From: Guillardia theta CCMP2712
Taxonomy: Eukaryota; Protista; Cryptophyta
NCBI RefSeq assembly: GCF_000315625.1
Contig: NW_005434650.1
Location: 571,069-635,068, forward strand
DNA: 64,000 nt
Direction of reading: 5' to 3'
Part shown: piece by piece, positions 1 through 11,500 of the stretch
Layout of the letters: every line of letters starts with the position of its first letter
Numbering within the stretch: the stretch's first letter is position 1
Made by a program: the position numbers and the translations under genes
Notes under the pieces: model-generated
Database searches by the model: none
Seen by the model: only the letters and a program-made list of their open reading frames with translations
What the model was told of the DNA's origin: nothing

Positions 1-831
1 AGGAGGAGGAGGAGGAGGAATGCCCCCTCACCTTGCCGAAGTCCCTCTTCACAGCCTCGGCACAGGACTTGATATCGTAGTGCTCGAGACCAGCATAGCG
101 CTTGTTCCTTCACGGCAGAGAGTGAGATGCAACAAAGCACGCAAGCATCGACTATCATACTCGAGGATGTCGGCGGGGATCTCCTCGGGGGTGGAGAACA
201 TGGCGTCAAGGGGGTAGATCTGTCATGGACATAGTCATGCGCCCGCTGCCACACCCGTGCATGCACTACCTTCTCGATCTTCATCATGGAGCCGTCCTTG
301 AGGACCTGGTCATCACCGAACCCCTTCTTCAGGCCGCGCTCGAACAGGCTGAGGACAGGTGGCCATGTTCCCACAACAATGGTCGCTCCCGCGTTCGCCA
401 GCTGCTTGGCAATGGCCCAGCCATACCCGCTAGAGTCCGCAACACCCGCAACGAAAGCAACCTAGGGAGCAGATGCATGAGTGGAATGGGGGTCGAAAGG
501 AGTGTGTGAGGAGATCCAAAGGTGGCGCATGAAGAAAATGAAATAGGACACTGCAACACAAGCACATCCAGTGCATCTTCTCTTTCCACTATACCTTGCC
601 AGTCAGGTCGATGTTGTAACCCATCTTGGCTCCGGCGGCAGCACTACGCCCTTGCTTGGAGCGAAGGGCAAAGGCAGGGGATCGAAGACCCGTGGGGGAC
701 ACCCTGGGAGAGGTGAAGGAAGAGGTGGCAGACGAAGAGACAGACGAAGTGAAGGCAGGGGAGAACGACGGGGAGCAGCTGAAGGCAGCGACGCTCTGCA
801 CCAGCGCCACAGCCATGGCCGCGCGCATCAT
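1..831 (-). CDS. fabI: Plastid-targeted enoyl-[ACP] reductase (5' part; gene continues past window start)
   Basis: Spliced exons 831-595, 461-270, ~219-161 and ~108-32 give [17 protein letters not shown] (signal peptide, AxA-F), a Ser-rich transit peptide, then [41 protein letters not shown]...KIYPLDAMF...[25 protein letters not shown]. This is the plant/apicomplexan-type ENR signature. Introns are GT-AG. Confidence 0.95.
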
Positions 832-1059
832 TGCTGGGATCCTCAGGCTTGAGCCTGTTCCGAGGGGGGTGTTTAGAACGACAAGTTTGAAGACAGGTTT
901 CAAAAATTGTTGAATTTTTACTAGAAATTTGCGCTAAGTGGGGGACATTTTTCAGTAAATAAACAAATGTTCGAGTGCTTTGACGAAATTTATATACCCC
1001 TCGTTGAAATTCCGAGATGGGGGGGAGGCCGTCCCTGTTGTAGGCACGCAACCGCAGTT

Positions 1060-1440
1060 GGCTTAAAAGTAACTAAAACTACATATATACATAAATAGAT
1101 ATAAAATTGAAGAAGACTTTTATTTTAAATACGATGTTTGATTAAGTGACTAATATTTGATTTGATAAAATATAAAATATTTTAAATATTTATACTAGAA
1201 AAGAAACAAGGTAACCAAATCCCTGGCAAATATGGCTTTAAGCACTGCTATCAGTAAAGCCAATGGTATCAAAATCACAACTTAAAACTATATTTGAATT
1301 GTTTATATATCAACTACTGGAGGATAGAACAGTTTCAATAGAAATGATTTAGCATAGTACAAATTATGTGTACTATATGAAACATATATAATACTTAATG
1401 CCTCCATACAACGTTATAAAAGCCGCCCACACACATAAGG
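1060..1440. other. AT-rich island in the divergent intergenic region
   Basis: Runs such as tttgataaaatataaaatattttaaatatttatac; far more AT-rich than the rest of the window; no ORF. Confidence 0.8.
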
Positions 1441-1830
1441 GAATATTGACTATAGACAACCCCATAACCCCTGCATCTTACGGTACCCCAGCACCCACCC
1501 CCTCAACCTTGACCTGCCTTCAAGCTCAAGGGAAGCCTCACTAGTATACGATATTTCCTATATTGCAAATAAATAAAATTACTGGGTTCACTGTACGTCC
1601 TGACAAGACTGATTCCTAGCAAACGCTGACCCCCAACTTTATCATGTACCCCACCTAGAAGATTGTAAAAAATTGAGAAATCCATAGTCAATATCAATCT
1701 GTGATTACCCCACCCTTCTCTTTCCCAAGTACCCACCCTTTATCGTGCCCTTGGATCACAGGAAAACTACCGTGCCTTGATAGACATGAGCCATAACCCC
1801 CACCCTCATCAATCGCAAGGCGGCCACCAC
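1440..1830. repeat. ACCCC-rich strand-skewed intergenic tract
   Basis: Repeated acccc/cccacc/tacccc. Similar tracts at 34780-35000 and 47130-47560 (G-rich on +) and 56520-56850, 59970-60070, 63720-63910 (C-rich on +). Confidence 0.55.
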
Positions 1831-1849
1831 ATTCCGAATCCCGCCGAGA

Positions 1850-2250
1850 CATGGCAGTGGCCGCCGGGCGGCGCGGGCGCCGGAGGTCCGACGCCGGAGC
1901 GGCCGGCGGCAGCCGGCCGAAGTTCAGCGAGTCCGGCGGCGACTCGGACGTGCGCCGCCTGAGACGCCTCCCGGCCCGGCGGTGGACGGCCGCTTCAACT
2001 TGACTTAGTGACTTGCCACGGAACTTGAAGTTGCCGCGTGCAGTGGCCGTGCGCGGCCGCGCGGGGCCGGACCGTTCGGACTTGGAAAACTTGCGCCGCC
2101 GTCCGTCGGACCGGCGGGCCTCACAGAGTCACGGCCGGGCCCGGCCCCGACCGGGCCTCGTAACCGTTCGATCGTCGGCGGCGTTGAGCTACACTGGCAG
2201 TGCCAGGCCCGGATCAGGGGGCAGCCCGGGCCGGCGCCGAGGCTAGGTCA
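1850..2250. promoter_or_regulatory. CCGG/GGCC-rich island upstream of the giant gene
   Basis: Very high GC, dense ccgg/ggcccgg. Similar islands lie at gene starts: 31405-31770, 34395-34720, 36895-36990, 45180-45235, 63910-63960. Confidence 0.5.
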
Positions 2251-2256
2251 CTGAAC

Positions 2257-2299
2257 AATGTTCTTGTGAAGGAACATGGGAATGTTCCTTTGAAGGAAC
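2257..2299. promoter_or_regulatory. Tandem pair of palindromic sites (period 24 nt)
   Basis: aatgttcttgtgaaggaaca and aatgttcctttgaaggaac; each is an inverted repeat (atgttc..gaacat; gttcctt..aaggaac). Confidence 0.4.
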
Positions 2300-2539
2300 C
2301 GTCGGGCACAACCCTTCGCCTTGACTAGCATGCCTGACATGGCGGAAAGCGCTGCAGGGAGGGGAGGGGAACATGCAGGGGGAGGCTGCCTGAGGGATGA
2401 AGAGAGGCAGAGAGGCAGATGTGAGGAGGAGAGTGCTCGGGGACTGCATGAGAGAAAGAGGTCACGAGGTCGAGGTCGGGACTGCGCTGCTCTGGCATCC
2501 GTGAGGAAGGTTGGTTTTCAAATTGGGGCGGGAGGGATC

Positions 2540-5500
2540 ATGGCAAGGATCTTCGTAGTCTTTAGTTGCTTCGTGCTGTCTCGGGGTGAGAATGTGACAA
2601 CGATTCTCAATCCTACTGGGCACTTGAACGAGGCATTCAACGTGAGCTTTTCAGGGTCCGGGTTCGACAGCGCAGGAGTGTATTCATGTACTATCAACCG
2701 CGGGAGCATGTTGGAGGTTGGCTCTGCACTCAGAGTCGATCCCGATCTGATCGTCTGCTACTTCTCTCCATCTTCAAGACTGCCCGGAGTGTGGAATGCA
2801 ACATTGCTGAGAGATGGCCTGTCGGTGCAAGTGGTGGGCAATAACGTTCTCACAGTCTTCCTACCGCCGAAGTTGTATGCATCCTCTAACAATTATTCTT
2901 TTCCTGCTCCCGATTGCAAAGGCTCCTGCTGGCCAATCTACATCCCTCTTCAGGGTGAGGGGATTCTGCTGAGCGAGCGAGGCAAGTTCAGTTGTGGTAT
3001 CGTGAGCTCGAAGGATGGCAGTCAGATCCTGCTTCAGACGAGGATGGATACCATGCTTTCTTCCGCATTGTCGTCCATCGTTCAAATCAGCCAAGATGGG
3101 AGTCTTACGTGCGCCATAGGCACTGCAGATTCCTTTCCTCAATATTCCCAAGGGACTTTCAAGCTGGTAGTCATGTACCAAGGGAGGCCAGTGGAATGGA
3201 ACGGGGATGGGTTGACGTTTCACTTGGGGGAGGCTTGGACACACACAAGCTGTGATGGCTCTTCTTGCGCACTGAGTGCGATGGGAGAGACCGAATTCCA
3301 AGTCTATGGGTTTGGTTTCAGCAATTCCTCGTACGACTGCCAGTTCAGTGGGAACGGTGTAGATGTCACTGGAAAGGTTTCGTACGTAAGTCAAGTGCAG
3401 TTAGCCTGCACAGCTCCTGCAAGGAGTCAGACAGCATCTAAAGTCTCGTTCTCGCTCCACAACTCTATGAGCAATCAAGTTCTTTTCTCAGGCCCTGCCG
3501 TTCCTACCTTCCGTTACTTTGCCGCCTGGTGGTTCCCTATAACGCCCGTGTTTTCAGTGTTGGGTGTTCCAGATGCAGGTTGGACAACGCCGCAGGTCTA
3601 TCAGAATGACAAGGTTGTGATCAATGGAGTCGGCTTCAACCTGTCAAGAAGCTATGTCGCTCATTTCATTGGGAGGGATGTGAACGGAGACAGATTGGAA
3701 ACGGTCCAGGCTGATCTGCAAGTCGTTTCTGAAACGCGCATGCTGTTGCAAGTTCCTCAGTATGGTGGACCAGAGGCATTGGTTCTTGTTAGCCTTTACG
3801 AGTGTAGCTCTGAACAGAACTGCCAACTGCTGTCCTCTCGTTACGATGGCAATCGCTTCCGCTTCGTTGCAAGTGTCTTCCATATGACAGTTTTGAACAG
3901 CAGCCTGTGTTACCCGCAGGGATCGTACCGTTGCTGGGGGCACATTTCTAATCCAATCAGCATCACTGTTGCGGGTCAAGGGTTCAATCCTTCCTATTCA
4001 TATCCAGTGTACAGATGTCGATTTTCTTCTCACGACAATCAATCATTCTATGTCCTTTCCGACAGCGTCGTCGCTGTTGATCAGCACACTATTGTATGTA
4101 GCATGCCAGCATGGCCTTTCTTATTCGTTCCAAAAGTGGAGCTGACGATATACTCGATGATCTCAGAGGTCACCCTGTCTGCTGGCCTCTCCAACGTCAA
4201 GCCTCTCTACTTTTTCCTTCCTGTAGTCACCCGGATGGCTCCTACCGCTGCTCCTGCCTCAGCTGCCCTGCTGACGCTCAGCGGGTTTGGGTTTGCTGGG
4301 AACACCTCTTGTTTCTTGCATGTACAGGAAGACTCCCCTTGGCCCCACGTCTTCGGCTTTCGCAGGCTCATGCTGCCTGCCAAGAGGTTGTCTCCTTCAA
4401 CTTTGAATTGTGACCTCGGGGACCTTTGGGGGATCCGATTCCCTTCCTCGGTAGCAGATGTATACGTCATTCAGTATCTTGGTCTGGGAGTAGCAACGCC
4501 CACACACTATGGATCCATGGAGGCCTCCCTGTCGGTCAACTTCAGCTCACCCGACGACATCTGGCCGATCGAGAGTGGAATGATGCTGATCGTTGGGCAG
4601 GAGGTGATGATGATCAAGAGCGCCTCCGACGGAGGGAGTCAGTTGGTGGTCAACCGCGCGTGCGTCACTTGCGCCATAGGTGTCGAAGACGTCTACCTGG
4701 TCCTGCCGAGAAATTCCAGCTTCGTGTTCAAGTTTTACTTGTCCCCTTGGTACTCCATCAGCAACACAGACTTGTACTCTGCCGGGGGAAGTTTGGTTCT
4801 TCAGGGCTATGGCCTGTACAATACCAAGATCCCAGAAGCAAGAAGTCTAGCCTCCTCAGTGACCAGCGGACTTTTGGCAGATTTCACTCCAGGGAACTAC
4901 GCAGCAGGAGGACTTGTTTATGGGGTACTGTTCGACCTGTTCCCGGAGGAATACGTCTCTGTGACCGGAGTCGACGTCTCCATGAAGGCTGGAGCGGGTC
5001 ATGTCTGGGTTTACACGAGAAAATGTGAGTGCAGCCTGTGGTTCAGCGAGTTGAACCTCGACGACTGGCAGCTCGTTGCCAACGTGAGCGTGGAGGGAGG
5101 TGGCCTTGTAAATGTGAAGATCAACGATGTAAATATCTCGGCCAACGGCAGGAGAGGTCTCATGATCCTCTCTGACCTCTCCTTCGCGTATGCCAGGTGT
5201 GACAGCGCTTACGGAGGCTGCGGCACCAACTCGTCAACTGACAACATCTTGACGATCGAAGCCGGTCTCTCCGTCTCGTCCTGGGTCAACGTGATGGGTG
5301 AACCAACACTGCTCAAGGAGCAGTGGGGCAACAGGGCCAGCCCTCGTTTCTTCGTCGGCAACGTCAACTATTCCGTGTTACTTGGGGATACCTACGTCTG
5401 TGAGCTTCAGAACGAGGCTGAAACTGCCTTGTCCGACTGCTCCAAGGCCATCTCCACCGCGAGGATCGACGAGCCTTCGCTGGTGACTTGCAACTTCCAG

Positions 5501-8500
5501 CACCTTGACACTGCGGGCATCTTCAACCTCCGTCTGTTGAAAATCACCAGCGGAGGGAAGGAGTACCTCGATGCCCCGACGTACAACGTGACCGTGCACG
5601 CGTCCTGGATCACGTTGGAAGGAAACCTGACGCTCCCCAGGTGGGGTGGGAGTGACCTGGTGGTGTATGGCTTCGGCTTCTCGATGGCCGGCATGCGATG
5701 CCGCTTCTCCGCTCAGGGCGTCTTCATCGACACCAACGTCACCGCCCTGCAGATCCATGACGTCTGCCGTTTCCAGTACTCGAGCTCCGTGGCCATTGCA
5801 GGCTGCCAGGAAGGAACATGCATAGTGCCCAAGTGGCCCACCTCAGATCTGAGCTCCCCCTTGACAACTGTGGAGATCAGCGTTGTCGACGCGGCTAGCC
5901 GAGTGATAGACTGGACGCCCCTGGCCTCGACCTTCCCTTACACGTTGTATGGGATGACGGCAGCGGGCAACTCGACTAGCGGGTGTGGGTACAACACAAC
6001 CTACTACCTCGTCTCCGACTCGCCCGAGTACACTGGGCGATCTGCAACCCTGTACGAGGTCTGGTCCTACGTGACCCCGTCGGTAGTCCCGGCGACGGGG
6101 GAGGAAGACGTTGTCATCTCGGGCTACGGGTTCAACAGCAGCGGCGAGTACGTGTGTGCAGTCAGTATGCTGGGCCATAGCGCCTTGTACTCGTCGCAGG
6201 TCGTGAATGACTCGGCGCTCCGTTGTAACCTCAAGGAGTTTGTGTGGGGGAGTCACTTTCCTGCTTTCCACTCAGAGCAGGCGCTGTGGGGCAACGAGGG
6301 AGAGGTCTCCGTGCTCAAGTCGGTAACGGCAGTCAACGGCTCCGACTTGAACGACCATGTAGGGATGTATGAGGAGATCCTGAGGCGGGGCCTCAGCCTG
6401 TACTTGATGGGTTGTGGCAGTATCAGATCGCTGCTGGTGCAGGAGCAGAACGGAATCAAGTCAGCGGTCTTGGGAGACTTTCTATGGGGGGACGGGGGCG
6501 GTTGGCAAGCATGTGACTCGCTGACTGTCATTTCGGAGGTGAAGAACGAAGAGCCGAGGTGCGAGAGGTTGGCAGGGAGCCTGTTCTGTGACAAGTCAAG
6601 GTCGACTTCCCTGTCGTTCACCTCGAGCTGGGGCTCGCAGAGCAGGCAGTACTCGGTGACGAAGGAGAATATAGCGGTGGAAGTGAAAGGGAGCGGGTTG
6701 GACGTGTCGAGCTGTTACTTCCTCAACTTTACATCTGAGCTCGGCTGGCAGCTCTCTTCCTTTGAGAAGCCGCGGAATTCAACTTTCATCGGGTTTGTGT
6801 TTCCCGGATGGAAACTGAACAGCGTCAGGACAAGTCTGGAGCTTCATCGAATTATCTCCGACCAGCCCATCCCATCGTGCGAACACTACTCTTCAATCTT
6901 CAACTCCTCCGTCACCAACAACACCAACACGTCCAATACTTCGAATGTGAGCGATGTATTCCTTGACACCATGGCTTCGTTCAACTCTTCAAATATCTCA
7001 GCAACGAACAACTCAAACACAACATCAGACCCTTCCCTTTCTTTCTCTACTGAGCTTGCCGCCTTCAACACTACAGAACTAGTATGCCGCAGCGGATATT
7101 TTCCGGACTGCGAGGGTGGAGAGCAGGTCAACTATGACTTTCTTGCCGAATGGTACTTTGGAGGCAACGACGCGAACTCGGTCCAGCTTCAAGGGTACGG
7201 CATCGGAGAAAACTACAACTACACCTGTGTCTTCCAGAACAACATCGGCGAATTCCAATCAGCACTGAACATAACCTCGCTAACTTGTCCGATTCCATCA
7301 GGCTACTTCTCGCCTTCGTACCTCAACATCTCAGTCATCTCGTCGCTTCCTCTGCTCAGAAACGGGATCAGCGATACTGTACAGACTTTCTACTTCGGTC
7401 TTCTCCAGGGCCTCAGTGCCAACCCAAAGCTGTCTGGTCCAGCATCGGGAGGGTCCGTGGTGAGCGTGAAAGGATTCAGGTTTTCTGCTTCTGCCACGTA
7501 CACTTGCCTGTTCTCAAGGGAGCTGGAAGAGAGAGAAGAGCAAGCGGAGTATGTCAACGACGAGCTTCTCCTCTGTCCCACTCCAAACTGGGGCAAGGAT
7601 TACCCAGCCATGGGGGGCAGAGTCCAGGTTGACATCGCCTACGAGGGTTGGAAGTTTGCCAAGGCCGACGTCGACTTCTCGTTCGAGTTCTACATGATAT
7701 GGAACTCTTCCTACGTGTCACTCCTACAAGCGTCAGTCAAGGGCGGGAGCAGCCTCGACCTCCGCGGCTTCGGCTTCGTTCAGTCGGTCGAGTACTTCTG
7801 TCTCTACGAAGCCTTTCAGACCACCGTGGCTGTTCGAGCAGACTACACGACGGTGACGAGCTTGACTTGTCCATCGCCAGTGGTCGATTATCCTGCGACC
7901 ACCGTCACTGTGAGCCTGTCCTACTCTTACAACGGAACAAACCTGTCAATTCCCCAGCTGGATTCTACCACCCTCTCTCTTTCCCTCTACGAAGTGGTTG
8001 ACAGCGTCTCTCCCAGCTCGGGCTGGGCTAAAGGCGGCCAGAAAGTCGTTGTGTTCGGCCAAGGGTTCGTCCCTGAAGCAAACTACTACTGCAAGTTCGA
8101 GCATGGGGAAAGCATGTCGGTGAAGGCGAAAGTGGTGAGCACCACTGAGCTCTCATGCAACGTGACAGCATGGGATGTGCACGAGACTGTCGGCCTGGAG
8201 ATTCTCAGGGAAAGTGCGAGCGTCGTCCACTCGACTCAGCTCTCCTTCACCTTCCTGCAAGGATGGGACTGGATCGAACCGACCCTTGCCTCAGCTCGAG
8301 GGACAGCCAACGTCACCATCTACGGCTTCGGCTTTGACGTATCTCCCTACCTCTGCAGATTCTCGTCCGGGAGCTCCAACTTGACGACTGAGGCCGCCGC
8401 GATCTCCCCTGGCCTCATCGTCTGCCCCGTTCCAGCATGGGGCGCTGACTTTCCGGTCGCTCCCAACGAGACTGTATCGCTCGAGCTGCTGCAAGGGATG

Positions 8501-11500
8501 GAGGTTGTGCCCTTCACCAACTCAGGGTTGGAGCAGGTGAGCTCGGCTCCGTGTCAAGACACTTCCTGTCAGCTCCTCCTCTGCTTCGAGTGGGTCTCTT
8601 ACAACATCGACAATCAGGACAACGGGATGTTTGCTGGGGGCTCCAGCAGTGACGGCAAACTTGTTACAGTCCATGGGTTCGGCTTCTCCCCGGATTTCAC
8701 CTACACGTGCGAGTTCACCATCGGAAGCTGCAAATATCAACAAGTTGGGACTATTCAGAGCTTCCAGGAGCTCAGCTGCCCCGTCCCAGCTCTTGCTGCC
8801 TCCTGCCCTGCTTCGTCAGGGACTCTGCAGCTTCTCCTGGAACCCCTCCCGTCTCTCTGTCCCGCCCTGTCTGTTCTGAGCCTCACCTACCGGCCTTCAT
8901 GGTCGTCGATGGGCTCGCTGCGACTGCCAGCGAGCGGGTCGGAGACGGTGATGGTGTATGGCAACGGGTTTGTAGAGGGCTCGATATATCAGTGTCAGTA
9001 CGTGTGTGCAGGAGTCAGTTTTACCATGAAAGGGTACTGGAGGGACACAACCATCCTTGAATGTCACTCGCCCACCTGGAATTTCGCCGCTACCACGTGC
9101 AAGGTGTCGATATTGCAGGACAGCCACATCGTTCGCTTCCTTCCCCACCCGGTGAACTCGTCTGACGTCGTCTTCTTGTATCCTTGTACTGACGGAGTCG
9201 TGGCGCCATCCTCGTTCTCCTCCATCGGGGGATCTATCCTCACTGTGTTCGGGTTTGGCTTCAACACAGACGTCTCCAAGGACTACATCTGCATCTTCTC
9301 CGGCCCTTCACTGCAGAACTACACGCAAGCCAGAGCGGTTGATGCCAACACCATCATCTGCCGAGCGCCGGACCAGTGGGGATTGACGAGGCCGTCAGGA
9401 CAAGTCGCGGTGGAGGTGACGGAGAACGAGGTTCCATTGCCCTGCATCAACTCGTCACGGTGCTGGTCCAACACGACCGTGAGGTTCGAGAGCCTTCCTC
9501 TCATTCGAAATCTCTCCATCTCAACCTTCTCAGCCTCGGGCGGGGACACTCTGACCATCTCGGGGTATGGCTTCGGGTACTGGCCAGTAGAGTTGGAAAT
9601 GCCGGGCAAGCTCTGCATCTTCAGAAGCAGCCTGTCGCCAGGTGCAGTGTCAGTGCAGTCGTCGATCTCGGTGGTGAGCCCAGCTCGCATGGAGTGTCGA
9701 ATTCCAGAGTGGAACTACAGCACAATTTCCACCGGGGTCCTGCAGGTCAGACTGCAAGGGGCATACGTCCCGTTCCTGCCCAACGGCCAAGTTACCTCGC
9801 CCTTCGTCTTCGAAGCCGTGTGGGGCCACAAGAATGTCTCCCAGAGTCTGGCCAAGGGTGGACATGTCGTGAGCATACAGGGAGTCGGGTTTCGGCTCGA
9901 GGCGACTTACTCTTGCGTCTTTGACTATCAGGGCAATGCCACGTCATCAACGGCGCAGTTTCTTGACACCCAGAACCTCCTCTGCCTCATTCCGAGCTGG
10001 GTCTATCCTCAGGCGACTGCGCGTTTTTCTGTGCATGACGTGTCGGGGAGCAGGGAGCTGGACAGGCTGCCGGGTACCGACGACTCGTTCACCTTCTATC
10101 AATCCTGGGACTCAGTCTCTTCCTCGAACCCCGTCGATGGGCTGGCGAGCGGGAACGAAGAGCTCCTGCTCGAGGGGTTCGGCTTCGTTCCTTCGGGCAT
10201 GTACCGCTGTGTCTTCCAGCGGTACGTGGACGGAGAGGTCAACCAGACCATGACGGTTGAGGGACATTCAGTGAGCCCCACTACAGTCTCTTGTCAAACT
10301 CCCGCCTGGGGCCTGCAGTACGTGGCGTTCCAGGTCGAGGCCGAGTCGGAGCTGAGAAAGGAAGGGCACACGGCCGTGCTCTTGACGATGGATGACGTTG
10401 CAGTCAACTTCACCAATCGCACGCTGGACGCTGTGGAGGTCGACACCTTCTCATGGTACGAGCTGTGCACTTCGGTGGAGCAGAGGGTGGATCAGCCGCA
10501 GAGAGGGTCATGCATCTTCCGCTTCCTGGTTGCCTGGTCCTCCCAGGGCACATTCCCTTCCACGTTTTCTGCTGCAGGAGGGGAGCTGATACACGTGAAC
10601 GCGTTCGGCCTCTCGGCCTCGCTGGAATACCTGTGCGTCTTCTACTATCACACGGGTGACAGCCTGCAGTACAAGACTTTCTCCAACGACATCACACGAG
10701 CATGGCAGGGGTATCGGTTCCTGCGGAGGTTCTTCAGCCCGATCAACAAGACATCATTCGAATGCACCTCTCCTGCATGGAACTACCAGCACGTCAAGAA
10801 CGCGACGCTGGAAGTGAGGATACAGGATGAAGTCACCGACGTGTTCAGCTGCCAAGTGGTCAGCAAGGCTCCAGGTCCTCCCAGGTATATTGAGTTTCTC
10901 CCTGGGATCCTGCAAGTCAGCCCGACGAGCCTGCCAGCGCTGGGCGGGTTCTTGATAACCATCTCGGGCTTCGGCTTCGGTAACGAGAAGCACGTGTGCG
11001 ACTATGGGGGGCTGCAGCAGACGGAAGCAGTTGTATCCACTTGTTGTGAAATCCCTCAGCAACCCTGCATGTACTATCAGGTGCTGTGTGTAGTGGAGGA
11101 TTGGTACTTCGACCCTGGGCTCTTCAACCTGTCCGTGATCCCTGCCTCGCTGTCCTCCCCGATACAGTTCTACGACAGGAACGGAGAAGATTTCGTAGCC
11201 AAGGAACAGTTCGCGCAGACTGTAGATTTCTACACTGTCTGGAACAAGACTAATCCAACTTTCTTCGACCGCCTGGGAGGAATCGATGGAGGGAGGTCGC
11301 CAGCGCTGACGATCACTGGGAGAGCTTTCTACGAGCAGAACAAGTACTTCTGTGTGGTTGGGAGCACCCTCAACGAGAGCGCAATGCAGCAGGCTCAGAG
11401 TGAGCCGGCAGGCAGTATCGCCGATCTCCTGACTTCCTACTCCAACTTGGTTGTGGAGGCTGTTCACTTGGAGTACAGCCCAGCATACAGGGTGAGCAGA

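Noticed and set aside
2321-2539. 73-aa N-terminal extension of the 5279-aa ORF
   Set aside because: Starts at TTG, is purine-rich and UTR-like; the signal peptide begins at ATG 2540
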